In this document: piece by piece, positions 9,531-22,200 of the stretch
How the letters are laid out: the number at the start of each line of letters is the position of its first letter
Numbering within the stretch: the first letter of the stretch is position 1
Origin: Corallochytrium limacisporum Hawaii
Lineage: Eukaryota > Protista > Pluriformea
Direction of reading: 5' to 3'
DNA length: 64,000 bases
Assembly (NCBI GenBank): GCA_002811645.1
Contig: PDIP01000035.1
Span: forward strand, 124,001 to 188,000
The notes under the pieces: model-generated
Seen by the model: only the letters and a program-made list of their open reading frames with translations
Told to the model about the DNA's origin: nothing
The model's database searches: none
Program-made: the position numbers and the translations under genes

Positions 9531-11591
9531 ATGTCAAGCTTCGGGAAAACCCCCCGTTTTCGGGACATCACAAACATCACGCCCGGACCAGGTGCGTACG
9601 ATGCCAAGGAACTGGCTTCCCAGGGCGGAAAAGTAATCGTTTCAAAAGAAGATCGCTTCAAACTGGAAGTCTCGAAAAAGCAGGCTGTTGGTGTCGGCCC
9701 ATGCCCAAGATGTGATAATGCTAACTCTAAGGTGCGTGAGCTTGAAGCGACGGTAAGGGAACTGAGGGAATTCCTTAAACGCAGTGAAAAGCGAGAAGGT
9801 GAGCTGGAAAGGCAAGTCCGCCACCTAAAGGACGACGTTTCCAGCTTGGAAACTGCGCGCTTGGCTGAGATTCAGGAGCGTGCTTCCCTTGAGGCGAAAG
9901 CTGCATCACACTTAAAAGAGATTCAGAACTTGCGAAAGAGTCATGACGTAGTGAAGAAGGAACTACAGCGAGTGGAGAAACTGGGCCAAAAAATGGATGT
10001 GAAAGAGCAAGAATTCACCAAGATGCAAAGGACTATTGAAGAATATCAGGAAACTGAACGTACATTGAAAGACCATTTGGAGAATGTACTGGAAACCTAT
10101 GAAACCCTGAGTGAGAGGTTGAAAGCAAAGAACACTGAATGGCAGGAGGAAATCATGGACGCTCAGATATACACTGCCCAGGCAGAAAACCGTGCCGCAG
10201 TCGCGGAGTTGCAGGTGGCTGAGCTGTCGTCGTCAATGAACAACCAGACGGCAGTTATTAACACACTGAGACATGATCTTGCTATGGCTGAGAGCAGAGT
10301 GGTGGAAGGTAATAAGGGCCTTCGTCGATTGGAACAGGCTCTTGTAGATGCCAACAATCGCAATGATGAGCAGAAAGCGCGAAACACTGTATTGACGGAG
10401 CGCATGGACAAGATGAACATCATGCTCAACCAGATGGAAGAACTTAAAATGCGTTTTCAAGAGCAACAAAATGTGATGGAAACCAATCGTCGTAATCTGG
10501 AGAAAATCAACACCCTGGCGAATGCCCGTGACGAAGCCCTCTCGGAAGCGCAAGCAGAAATCGAGCACTTCCGTGAGCAATTCATGGCGGCTAACAACAT
10601 GATTTTAAAGTCACAGGAAACATTCAACAATGACACATTTGTTCTAGAGGGTGACATCATGAACCTGAAGGATCTCATTGCTAAGGTCATGGAACAGAGC
10701 AATGAGGTAAACGAAAAATTTGAAAACCGTGGCCAGGAACTTCTTTCCCTGCAAACCGAATCAGATGAGTACCTGAGGACCATTCAGGAAACTAAGGAAC
10801 GGCTGATCGCCAAGGACAATGATATTGAGACTCTGCAGAGCAGAGTGGCGTCCCTTGAGAGCATGTGTAAAGAGCACTTGGAAGCTCTGGCTGAAACGGA
10901 AGACAAGGCTAAGAAGACCGAGGACATTCTCAAAGACGAAATTGAGAGTCGGCAAGTCCATCAACAGACTGCATCCAGCCTCAACAGCAAGGTCAGTTTC
11001 CTCGAAGGAGTGGTGGCGGACAAGGAGAACGCCATAATTGATATGGATGTCAAGCTTCAGAAGGTGACTAAGCAAGCGACTGCCGCGACCGAGAAATTGG
11101 GCACCCTTGAGCAGCAGAACAAGAGTTATCTCGAGGAGGCCATGACGAAGGAGCAGCAGTATAAGGATATGAAGACCAAGTATGATGACCGCTGCAAAAA
11201 CTCTATGTCCATTGATGAGCATCAAAACATTCTGTCCGGCATGATTGAGTCGAATTCTAACTACGACAGGGAAAACTCTCGCCTCCGTAGTGAAAACACC
11301 ATGTTGATGGATGAGATTCGAAGTCTCCAGAACCAGTATGGTCTTACAACCCAGGACTACTCTGCTGAGGTGAACAAGCTTCGTGAGCGTTCCGAAATGG
11401 CATGGCAGGAGCTCAGCAAGGTGCAGAGTCATGCAGCTAGCCTTGCTGGGCACCACAACAGCAGACAGAAGATTCAGTACGTCATGAGCCTGAAGGAGGA
11501 GAACGTGAAACTGAAAAAGGAATTATTTGATCTGAAGCGTGAGCACGCGCGCCTGCGGAAACGTACCCATGGTGTGAGGATCACCTCTTAA
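9531..11591 (+). CDS. HMMR: HMMR/RHAMM-like coiled-coil spindle protein
   Basis: N-term MSSFGKTPRF...TPGPGAYDAK...SKEDRFK resembles the HMMR microtubule-binding N-term (RFND..APSPGAYDVK..KSQRFK). Long coiled coil. C-term LAGHHNSRQKIQYVMSLKEENVKLKKEL matches the HMMR_C/KIF15 bZIP-like motif. First ATG 9531 in aaacATG context; the ORF track starts at GTG 9510. Confidence 0.8.
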   Translation: MSSFGKTPRFRDITNITPGPGAYDAKELASQGGKVIVSKEDRFKLEVSKKQAVGVGPCPRCDNANSKVRELEATVRELREFLKRSEKREGELERQVRHLKDDVSSLETARLAEIQERASLEAKAASHLKEIQNLRKSHDVVKKELQRVEKLGQKMDVKEQEFTKMQRTIEEYQETERTLKDHLENVLETYETLSERLKAKNTEWQEEIMDAQIYTAQAENRAAVAELQVAELSSSMNNQTAVINTLRHDLAMAESRVVEGNKGLRRLEQALVDANNRNDEQKARNTVLTERMDKMNIMLNQMEELKMRFQEQQNVMETNRRNLEKINTLANARDEALSEAQAEIEHFREQFMAANNMILKSQETFNNDTFVLEGDIMNLKDLIAKVMEQSNEVNEKFENRGQELLSLQTESDEYLRTIQETKERLIAKDNDIETLQSRVASLESMCKEHLEALAETEDKAKKTEDILKDEIESRQVHQQTASSLNSKVSFLEGVVADKENAIIDMDVKLQKVTKQATAATEKLGTLEQQNKSYLEEAMTKEQQYKDMKTKYDDRCKNSMSIDEHQNILSGMIESNSNYDRENSRLRSENTMLMDEIRSLQNQYGLTTQDYSAEVNKLRERSEMAWQELSKVQSHAASLAGHHNSRQKIQYVMSLKEENVKLKKELFDLKREHARLRKRTHGVRITS

Positions 11592-12207
11592 AATCGTCAA
11601 GCGACTGCACTAACAAAAGATCCTCCATCACATGTGACATAAAACTGTACCGTCATGTATGACCTTCTATTTTCCACTCAAGCTACCCATGCTCTTCCAC
11701 TCTTTCTGCAACCTATCTCCGGTGCATCCCTTCTCACGAATGAACTTGGCAACCGTAAGTCGCTACTCATACCCTTTCTCCAGTGTTGCTAACCGCCTCC
11801 GCGTGTATATATCAATAAACACCGACCCGATTAAAACATATTCATAGTAATATTTTCATATTTATTGATTACATTTAGAAAACGCCAGTGCTCTGGAAGG
11901 GCCCCTTCCTTTCCCTGCCACAGGAATTGATGCGCACAAGGTTGCCAGTAATACTGGCTTTTCCTGAAGGCGGGGGAGGAGTTTGACTGGGACCGGTGGC
12001 AAAATCATTCTGATGTACAATAGCGTACACCAGCATTCCACGGTGACATGTTTTCCTCAGCTGCAAATGGCGAATATTTCATGCCGGTAATCATCAGGTG
12101 CCAATCACACTGTACTGTTCCCGCCTTGGACGAAAGTGCTTGGCACAGTGTCTATTCATTCACAACAAGTAATTGATGCTCACGAGTTTCTTTAAGCGTT
12201 GTGAATC

Positions 12208-13179
12208 CTATTCTCTATTTCGATCCGCTACCCAACGGGTAATGATGATCTCCTCTACCTGACATTTTTCCGCAAGGGTCAAGGACATGCGCACCTCTTT
12301 GTCCGAAAGGTCAGCGGGAACAGTCACAAGTACTAACAAGGTTTCCTTCACTGCCTGCTCGTTCTGACGGGCAAGACCCAGCATCCGTGCCCAGGACAAC
12401 TCTCTTGTTCGGTTCATATGATCAAATTCTGATTTCCCATCAGCGCTGATTACCCGGACAAGGACGGAGTACGGCGCGTGCCACTTCAGCGGACCCCCAT
12501 CAGGATACAATGTGAAATCGGTAGCCATACGCAGCCCCGACTTAGGTACCCATCCTCGGAACCGGTAGTGCCGAAACGCCGTCCATGACCCAAAGAATGT
12601 GGGATCCAGACGGCAGAAATAGCGGTACAATTGAGTTTGATCTGTGTACTCTTCCATTTTCAGCATGTCAATAGCCCGTGGCAGATATTGGATGAATAGC
12701 CATAGTGCTTCTTCACGGAGAAGGAGTAAAGCAGGATCAACTTTATCGCTCTTCTCGCCGCTGACATACATGAGCCGAGCGCCATTGGGGAGCCAAGCCA
12801 TGTCTGCCGTCTCCAGTGTGGCGTACTGTTGTTCTAAAAGGCGCTTGCTGGGAGTTACTGTGCCAAATGATCCCAGATAATAGAAGCCAGCAAGCAGTTC
12901 CTGTTCTCCCTCAAGAACGCACGTTCCCTCATACATCTTAATCGTCAGGCAATCCCGTACAGACTTCGTGGCAAATTTATATTTCAAAAACGCTTGAAAA
13001 TCTTCATGGTTACCTACGCTCCGTTGAATTCTGGTATTGATCTTTCTATTTCCTTTCTTTTTGAATCGTTTGGGTGCAGTGAAGTATGCAGAGCCACCCT
13101 TCCGTTTAACACCCCGTACAGAGTCTTCGTCGTGTACGCCGTCCACGGATCCCTTGGGTGGAGCAGACGAGGACATCAT
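12208..13179 (-). CDS. TSEN2: tRNA-splicing endonuclease catalytic subunit Sen2
   Basis: LLREEALWL; FRHYRFRGWVPKSG...DFTLY.DGGP..WHAPY; LSW..MLGLAR..EQAVKE; C-term RWVADRNR. The Tyr/His/Lys triad is retained. Confidence 0.88.
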   Translation of the reverse strand: MMSSSAPPKGSVDGVHDEDSVRGVKRKGGSAYFTAPKRFKKKGNRKINTRIQRSVGNHEDFQAFLKYKFATKSVRDCLTIKMYEGTCVLEGEQELLAGFYYLGSFGTVTPSKRLLEQQYATLETADMAWLPNGARLMYVSGEKSDKVDPALLLLREEALWLFIQYLPRAIDMLKMEEYTDQTQLYRYFCRLDPTFFGSWTAFRHYRFRGWVPKSGLRMATDFTLYPDGGPLKWHAPYSVLVRVISADGKSEFDHMNRTRELSWARMLGLARQNEQAVKETLLVLVTVPADLSDKEVRMSLTLAEKCQVEEIIITRWVADRNRE

Positions 13180-13409
13180 TCGTGTGGTTCACAATCTAGA
13201 CCAATGCATAGCTACTCTCACCACCAATGTATGCCCGGCACGTTAACTGCAGTCACCCCGCTATCGGTACGCGCAGCTTCAAGTACCCACCAAAGCGGAT
13301 TGTGTGGGAACCGACTTGAAGAGAGCTGTGGAAAGGTTGGCGAGGGGAGGGGGGGGGCTGCGCGTCGACATTGTCCTCCGGAAATTTGTGATCAAATCAT
13401 GTTAGACCT

Positions 13410-14876
13410 TTATTTGTTCATCAATGCCAGAACATCTGGGGTGGCAGAGCTGCCATCGACAATCTCAATGGCGTCAATGACCTTCTTAATCGATTCGAAG
13501 TACTCCTGATTTGCCTGCATGAACATTTGCTCCCGGCCTCCGCGAATCTTTTGGCCCAGCTGGTACTGCGACTCCAATTGCTCCGCGAGCATCTTCTTCT
13601 GCTGTTCCTGACGATCTGTGAGGTCCTTCCATACCTCTTCATTACTCTTGCCTGTCATACCGTTGGCAGTTTGTAGGTTCTTCCAACTAGCTTCCGCATC
13701 CTTGGCCAGCTTCTTCTCGAATGCTTGCTTTTCATCGCCTCCGGTCCGTTCCAGTGCATGACCTTCTGCTTGGAAGATGAGTCGGTAGTGACCTTCCTTG
13801 AGAGACTTCATAGCCTCCAAATGCTCTTGTGCCTGCCTCTTTTCCTTGACCCAAATGTTCTTAATTTGATTATTCGTCCATATTTCAATCTCTTCTGTCC
13901 TCGCTTTTTGGTGGGCTTCGTACTGTTTCAGTTTATCATCAATGTCTCCCATGGAGAGTGCCAACTCACCGCTCTTCAACTGCATTTCCTTCTCGAGGGC
14001 ATGGTACTTTGCACGGCGCTCGCCAATGATTTGATCTACAAGGTTCTTGCGTTCGCTCCTTACCTCACGGCGCCAGGACTTAAAGAACTTCTTCCGTTCA
14101 TCGGACATTGTAGTAAGTAAGCCCATGAATTCGCTTAGCTGTTTTTCGCTCAGTTTCAGACCCTGAGTGTGGTTGCGTAAGAAATCCGGAGGCTGGTCCC
14201 AGTAGTCACTCGCGAAGTTGTAGCGACCGCCACAAATGCTCTTCTCTTTTTCGCTACCCGCTGCAACCAGATGTATGTTTTGTGGCTTCGAGATGTGGTA
14301 ATTGTCGCTACTCTTTGAAGAAATGGCCTTTTTCATACCCTTGCCCAGAGACTTTGTTATCTTGCCCAGACCGGACTTTTTTGACTTGTAACCTGTTATC
14401 TGTGCCAATGATCCTCCTTGCAGCTCACCAAGGGAACCGGCCCTAGTCAAGTCTGGGGCCGAACTTCCTGTATCAGGTGCTGGCGGTGGTGGTGCAGCAG
14501 GCCTTACCTGTTCCGTTGTCAAGGGATCCGTGGAAGGCGACAACTCCCTGCTCTTGGGTACCGCTGGTGGCTCTGCTGGGAGATTCTCTCGTTCCTTCAA
14601 GCTTAAGGCGGTCAATATTGCGGACGCTTCGGCGCCAGTGCTGGGCGGAGGAGGTGGCACACGCCTCCTGCCCGGATTCGGAGAGTCGCTTGGCGTTAGA
14701 GGTGCGGCGCGCGCTGGCCGTGACACTGCATCCTCCGGCTTGGGAGCGGCCCTCCGAGGGCGTGCGGGTGCGGCTGAGTTGGAGTCCACACTGGAAGCAA
14801 CACTGGCATTATCATCCTGCGAGACAATAGAGTCCTTTGTCCTACGGGTAGGTCGTGCCGGCGGAGGTGCTGACAT
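13410..14876 (-). CDS. Proline-rich protein with CRIB-like motif and C-terminal F-BAR(FCH)-like coiled-coil domain
   Basis: N-terminal ~200 aa are disordered and PxxP-rich. ISKPQNIHLVAAG is CRIB-like. FASDYWDQPPDFLRNHTQGLKLSEKQLSEF resembles the CIP4/FBP17 FCH start (WGTELWDQFDNLEKHTQWG..LEKY..F) and is followed by ~250 aa of helical sequence. Confidence 0.6.
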   Translation of the reverse strand: MSAPPPARPTRRTKDSIVSQDDNASVASSVDSNSAAPARPRRAAPKPEDAVSRPARAAPLTPSDSPNPGRRRVPPPPPSTGAEASAILTALSLKERENLPAEPPAVPKSRELSPSTDPLTTEQVRPAAPPPPAPDTGSSAPDLTRAGSLGELQGGSLAQITGYKSKKSGLGKITKSLGKGMKKAISSKSSDNYHISKPQNIHLVAAGSEKEKSICGGRYNFASDYWDQPPDFLRNHTQGLKLSEKQLSEFMGLLTTMSDERKKFFKSWRREVRSERKNLVDQIIGERRAKYHALEKEMQLKSGELALSMGDIDDKLKQYEAHQKARTEEIEIWTNNQIKNIWVKEKRQAQEHLEAMKSLKEGHYRLIFQAEGHALERTGGDEKQAFEKKLAKDAEASWKNLQTANGMTGKSNEEVWKDLTDRQEQQKKMLAEQLESQYQLGQKIRGGREQMFMQANQEYFESIKKVIDAIEIVDGSSATPDVLALMNK

Positions 14877-16278
14877 AGTGATCGCCGATAATTTCGATTA
14901 TCCTTTTCGTTGCCCCTACCAGATTTTGATTCATTCCATGGTCGTCTTCATCATATAAACGACCCTCTAATGTGACACGGGGAGCTCAGATGAGAAACTC
15001 AGAACTGATGTTTTTGAGGATGCGCACTCCTTTTTAGGTGTTTTGACCCCAGTTTTTCCTTTAGGCGAGCAAAGTGAGGCCTTCCTGGGTGAGCTGCCTC
15101 CGTCCGCACCCATCCACATCCTCCATCGGTCCACACCCCCTCCTCAAACCCCCCCCCCCGGGGAAGGTCCTGGCCCCCCAGGAAACTTTAGGGTCACTCC
15201 TCCCTAAATTGTGTGGGTTCTAGGGGCCGTATCACTGATCTCTCCTTTAAATTCCGTTTTGGAATCTTTCGGGACAATTCTTTCTCCCGTCGCTCAATTT
15301 TGGGCGTTGCTCGTGTGTTTTCTTCATCGCGGACACAAATTGTACACACGCTTGAATGCAATATCAGGCAGCAGAACCCTCCTTCGCAACCAAGTTTTTT
15401 TTTTTAAAATGTTCCCTGCCCGTGCACCGTCGCCGCTCAACGAAGAAAGAACGCTTGGTGTTTCACGAGAACGCAGATAAGGGGCCCTAAAAGTGAAAAC
15501 ACCTGTGCAAGCTCAACTGCGGGCCCCCTCCTCCCCGCCCGGGGGGAGGGGGACACGGCACCCGCACCACAGAAATGCCAGCGACGAACTTCGTTGCGTT
15601 GGGCTGAATCAATGGAAATAAAAGCCTCTTCCCCGTCTCTTTTCACGTTCGGTCCCTTTTGCGATCTTCCCTCCCAACCTGCCGCATCTGGTCCGTGGTG
15701 CAACAGCGGAGTCTGTATTTTAAATGCCTGCACGCGACTGCTGTGTTCTTGCTCCTTCTTTTTCATTTTACATTTTTTTCTTACTTTCTATATTTTTGAA
15801 TCTTCTCGCTCCTCTTATTTTTTTCTTTTTTTTTTCCTTCTGGGAGTCGGACTGCGGCCAGTCCCTTTCGGTTCACACCTGACAGGTCAGACACACACTG
15901 TCAAAACCCTTGGGCACCTCTCCCTTTTCGTTTTGTCCTGATTTGCTTTGAGAACGGAGGCGTGCTCTGTTTGTTTCGATCTTTCTATCCGACCTCAGCC
16001 AGAATGAAAAAAAAAAATGCGGGACTCTTCTGGCCAATCAGAGCGCCTGGGATGGGTCTTACCCAAATCGCGGAGAGAGGGAAGGGGAATCCCCTTGCCC
16101 CCGGCCCGCGGGGAGTTGGGCAGGACTGGGTAGAGGAGCGTAGTGGCGCATCATCTGGCGCTTCCCATTCAGCGACCTTCGTCAACGCACAATTTCAAGT
16201 GGGGGTTCTATTGCTATCATATTTCTTTTCTATTGGATGACTATTTCCGTATTAAAAACCATAAGTTTAGAGCAAAAC

Positions 16279-19200
16279 TTAGATGAAGTCGTCATCGTCG
16301 CTCTTGGTGCTCTTGTTGTCACGCGTCAAAGCGGACATTGTCGATTCACTAAACTCGCCGGACGTTCGAGAAGGCTCGGGCAAGACAAGACCAGAGCCAT
16401 CAGATGCAAGTGAAGCGCGCCGACTGGTTGCATTGCTACCTCCTCCTTCAGCATCAAGCAAGCCGAGTTCGGAGGTACGCTTATCTTCCTTGCGACGCCT
16501 TGACTTTGACTTCTTCTTGTCCTTGGAGCGACCTCGACGACGCCCCGTGGCGGTCTGAATAACGTCTTCGGCCGAGCCTTCGGAAGACACGTCAGGGAAT
16601 CTGTGGCTACCTCTCTTGGGAGACCTGGACTTCCGTGCTTGTCTCTTCATTTCCTTGCGTAGAGCAGTACCATCCCCGAATTTGTCCAGAATAAGATGAT
16701 CTAACATCTTGCGGCGCTCCTTCGGCTCCATTTCCGACGGCACAGTGGCTTCCAGGCTTCTACCAGCAAATCGGTCCATCTTCCGTGCTTGGTTGGTTTC
16801 CTTGCCAGCCATAGCGGTCCTCTTCTCCTTGTGTTTGAAACCGATGTAGTTCTTGATCATGCTTGCGGCCTCGCCCTCTGAATTCATGGCAGCAACCCAC
16901 ATGAGCTGTTCGTGCTCGCGCAGGTAGCGGTGAATACCAAAGACGCGGAATACGCGAGCACGTAGACGGAGACCAAGAGCACGTCTCTTCTGACGGACCT
17001 CCGGATCCATCATACGCTCCAAAAGCTTGGCAGGCTTTCCTCGGAAGGATTCAAGAGTGAGGCGGACGGCACTTCGGTCGACGATGTTCTCCAGATCGTC
17101 AGTCATGCCCATAACTTCCATGATTCCCTTGGCCAAATCACTGGAAGAAGCCGGAGGGACGACACGACCATATGTCTTCATGGGGTCAAGCCGCTGGCCA
17201 GGGATGGTATCAGACAGCACCTCCCGACTACCACCGACATCAGTGCAGACGACGGGTAGACCACACAGGCCAGCTTCGCCTAAAGCAAGGGGCAAACCTT
17301 CTGAGAACGAAGAGTTCACGAACACCCATCCTCGAGACAACACTTTCTGAGGATTGCCTAGACCCATAAGTCTGACATGCTCACTCAAATCCAAAGCAAC
17401 GATGGTGTTAGCACACTGAGCAGCGTACGATGGATCTGACTCAAGAGATCCATAGATGTACATTCGGAACTCAGTCAAGCCCCAGTCGTGGACGATAACG
17501 GAGGACGCTTGAATGGCATTCATGACGTCCTTAATACTATTGACGTGGGACAACATGACAGCGCAGGGATAGTCCTCTTCACCCGCGAAGTTGGCACGGA
17601 ACCGTCCCATGTCCATACCATTCAGCACAGGGCTGATCTTGCGCAAAGTGTACATCTTTAGGTCGTCATTGTTGTAGCGACCACCTCCTAGCCATGCCTC
17701 CCAGTCAATGTTCTGAATGGACGTACACGGGCAGATGTAGTCAGCATTTCCAAAGTTGACTACAGCCGCCAGACGAGTGAGACCCATGAAGCCGATTTGG
17801 ACAAACTTGGCCATACCCTTCACATTTGCAAGAGCGTAGATGCGCTCACGCCACAGGATACCGTGATCCCAAATGATGAATCGAGATCCATATTTCCGCT
17901 TGGCGATCATACCCAACAAGGCTTGGATACCGTGATGACTTGCTTGGATGACAGGGCAAACAGGGACCTTGGACGCGAAAGGATACAGAAGTCTGACGAT
18001 CAGGGAATAGAGCATGTCCAGGTCGTTGAGGGAAGGCATTTCACACGTCAGATACCTATCCTCGATGGACAGCGGGCTAATCACTTCAAACCACTCTGCG
18101 AACCAGGCCGCCTTAGTGAACTCTGAATCCCATGACTTCAGCCAGTCGTACTTCTGGAAGTACTCGTTGAGCCTAACAAACAAGAGGGAATACCGCTCAA
18201 TGTCGTCCGAAGTAAACGACCCTTGAGCACTGCCACGGATCAGCAGTCGAAGCAGGGGTACAAATTGTTCAGAAACCACATCATCCGTAGTATCCATACG
18301 ACGGCGCTCAAGCTCGCCGTCGCTTACAGTGGCGAGAACGTTTTGGTTCACAGTTGCGAAATCCAAACCCCACAGAGGAGCAAAATAGATGGCATTCACA
18401 TTCTTCTCGACGTCATAACCAGGTTGCAAGAGTTCAGCATCGGTACCAATCTCTGCCATGATGGTCCACCGAACTCCAGGCATGCCTTTGATCAAGTCAC
18501 GGCGACAGTTTCCGACACCACCGCCACCTGTAGGCCACGTACCAGAATCAATACCCAATACCTGCAGATGATCCCTGGACACAGACTCTGCCTCTTGAAT
18601 ATCAAGAGGTGCGATATCCGCAGCATCACCTCCAGCTCCCAAAATCATCATGTCCGATAAACGGATCTTGAGGTGAGTACGCGTTTGAGGAGTATCAGGA
18701 ATCAAGACCAATGTACTGATGGCGACTTTCCTGACCTCGAGATACTTAACAGCATCCTTGAAATCGCCACGATCACGCAAACGCCAGTATCGCTTGAGGA
18801 TAGGGGTTTCGCGAAGGAACTGTTCGTCAAGCTCCCGCGCAAACACACCTTCGATTTCACCACTGCGCCAGGCTTTCCAGAGGTCGAACCTACGCCGCAT
18901 TACGCCATAGGGTGTTGCACAGATCTGGACGACCTTGTCCTTGCTGCCGGCGCTGAGATCAAAGAGGCGACGGCTTACATCCCGTCGACTCATTCCACCA
19001 CAGTCGAAAATATCCGTCACGAAGAAGTGCTCAACTCCAGGAACGTGGATGATCTTGTAAACGTCCATACGAATTTCATATGGTGTGTTGATCTCTTTCT
19101 GACGATGAGCCAGTACCACACCACCGGTAGCTTCATCAGCTCCACGCAACAGCATAGTCGTCATTGTAGGATGCTGAGGATGAGTGTAGCTGAGGAAGGT

Positions 19201-22200
19201 ACGATGTTTTTCACCGCTGATGCTGTTCGAAAAGTCCACGTAATTGATGTTGGGTACAAGGATCATGTCATCCTTGGTCTCCTTCTCATACACAATCGTA
19301 ATGTTCCAGCCAGAGCCTTGATGGCGATGAGTATAGCTCGCCTGAGCCAGGTAGACTCCAAAACAGCCGAGCTTGCCCTTGAACCAGCTCTTCTTTAGGT
19401 TCTGGAAAGAATACGTGAAGTCTGCTCGGATCATCAAGACAGGGCTGTTGGGAAGGTCATCACGCTTACGCCACAAGTCACCACTGACAACTAGCCCATT
19501 GTTATCATAGTACATGATGTCACTACGCTGGGGATGGGCAGGCACGTTCTCGGGCAGCTCATCGACCGAGCCATTGAATGTTACTCGGCGCGACGGGTAG
19601 CGTGATTCGAAGCTTTCATACTCGTAGAAAATGGTCTTCGTCTTGTTTCCATCAGGGTTGAGCCACTCCTGTCGAATTAGCTTGCGATCGATGGCATCGT
19701 ACAAAGTCCGCTTGAATGGCACTGCACTAGGCTTCTGCTCCTTGCGTCCCTGGTAAAATTCCGCCACAATCGTATCAGTATCATCCTTGTCCAAAGTTCC
19801 ACCTGAAGCCTCGTCTGGGATGAGCGCATTTATGGAACCATGGCTTCTGCCCGCCGCATCCGAATCAGCACGCCTCCTCCTCGTTTTCTTACTCTTACCG
19901 TTCATCATATCGGCCGGGCCCTTCACGAATGCTGTGACTTCGCTGGCACTCTCATGGATATGGATCATCTTGGAGAGTTCAGAGCCTGGAGAATACACCT
20001 CCTCGCGATACAATCCCCGCGAGGCCTTTTGAACAAACTCATCCGTGAAGGGACGCACGCTTACTGCCAGCACATACAACAGCACCTTGTACAAGGCCTT
20101 AGCAGAGATGTAGAAGTAGGGCAGAGTATAGCGAGCCACGAAAGGAATGCTAGAACCAGACTTGAGGTAGTCATGCATCTCTCGGCCGAAGCGGGTATCT
20201 GCAGTAAAGCACATATAGATAATACGTCCCGTGGCCTTCAGAGAATTGAAAATGTTGCGAGACTTCCGGTTGTGAGGCTCTTCGTCCATTTCCACAATAG
20301 TCTCGTCCTTATCCTCAGAGCTGCCCTCGACTGCGTCAAGGTTAACGTCACGATGCTTCCGGACGGCCTTGTAAACACGTTTTGCGACTGCAAAGCCAAG
20401 CAAACTGCGAGCCATGCATCTGCGAAGCTGTTCGGGAGCCTCTTCAACGCTCGTTTCATAGCCAATGGCCTGCATAACCTCGGCAATGTCAAAATCTTCA
20501 AACTCAGCGACCAAACTGCTGTGTAACGTATCCAATGTCTCACGGTCTAGCTTTGTAGCGCCAAGAGACATGAAACTGGCTGCCCAGGTCACAACCATTC
20601 GGCGTGCACCGTGTCCAAGATGCATCCAATTGGTTGAGACATCCGCATCCATAGATGCCTTGCTAATGCCAACCTGAATAATGTCAGACAGAACCGTGAG
20701 CAATTGGCGATCATTCATAAGACCAATTTCCTTCTGCATTCGCGAAGGAAGTCTCACTTCGCCATACAGCAGCAGTTCCGAAATTGACGCATGAGTGTGG
20801 GGCATGCCACGCATCTCCAACAGTTCGTGGATTATAGTCTCACAAATCATTGGGAATCCCGAATGACTACTGATATCGCGACCCAAAGATAAATCTTCCA
20901 TCATTTCAATTGGCGCGCCCACGTAGATTACAGTCGCTGTGTCGAACGGCGAGTACTGAGCAACCGCAAAGTGAGGACTAGGTCCATTGGTCATAATCCT
21001 CTCATCAACGAGGAAGACACGGACATGGCCACCCCGCAGGCGATCTCCAATTTTTCTCAACAGGTCATCTCCGTCAGGAAAGGCTTGCAACAGCAACGTG
21101 TCCGCCTTTCGCTGCCAACTGGCGCTGGCCTGTCGGAACATGGTTAGAATAGCATCACCCGTAGGTGAATCATTGTCAATGCGAACAACCTTATTTCTCT
21201 TGCGGAGGGCATCGCAGCTTTGGTACAATGCTTCCCGGGCCGTGAGGTTGGTGGATGTTGACATCCATTTACATCCAGAGGACATGAGAGCAGGACTCAG
21301 TACCAAGCCGTTATGTTGCAGCAGATTCTGGCTTTGGTAAAAGATCGACGCAATACCAAAGACCCAGCCACCTACCAAGATGGCGACAATATTGAATACT
21401 GGGTTACCAGTGGCAACGACACTGATAATACCTGAAAGCAAACCAACAACTAATCCTGCAAACAGGGCAGCATTAACTTCAGCATCCTTTGCCGCCAAAA
21501 AGAGCTTGTGGAACAAACCTGTCAGAAGACCAGTGTATCCGACGCAACCAATGATGTAGAAGCGGAAGGCATCACCGGTTACATTGTAGATGTGGATAGC
21601 CACTATGAAGATACTAGTGAAGACAAAAGACAGAGTGATTGTCGTCAGGAACGTTGCCAGTTCTCGCCAATATAAAGCGCTTTTCTGGCGCTTCATGAAG
21701 TTGATCATTTTGCTGCCATTACTTCCTGGGAAAAGTCGTCCTTGTTCGAACTGCAACTCGCCGAAGGTAATACGCACTAGATTGATCTCAAACAGAGATG
21801 CGACCGTCAGCATGTACACAGTGGCCCAACCAAGACCAATGGCGTAGTCCGAACCCAAATTGGAAGGCAGAAAGAAGGAGGTACCATAGCCCGTCAAGAG
21901 GGTACTCCAGCGGTCAAGGAAAATCATTACGAAGTACATCGCACCATACAAGATGGCATCAGCCTCAAAGTGTGCCAGCACACCTCCACGGCCAAGCTTC
22001 TCAACAGCGAACTTCTTTTTCAGCTCCTTCAGAGCCTGCTTCAGCATGGAATCCCATTCGAAACTGTATGGTTGACTGGACTTTTGACCTGAGCGGAGGA
22101 AATACCAGTCCATAAGGTAGAATTCTTGGTCCTTCTGTTTCATACGCTCCTTGATCAACGGCGGAACAACCTTCATGTCCGTCTTCTGTGGCGTCTGAAT

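Noticed and set aside
11860-12170. Structured-looking spacer between HMMR and TSEN2 as a possible ncRNA or ribozyme
   Set aside because: No complete hammerhead, snRNA, snoRNA or tRNA consensus; probably 3' UTRs.
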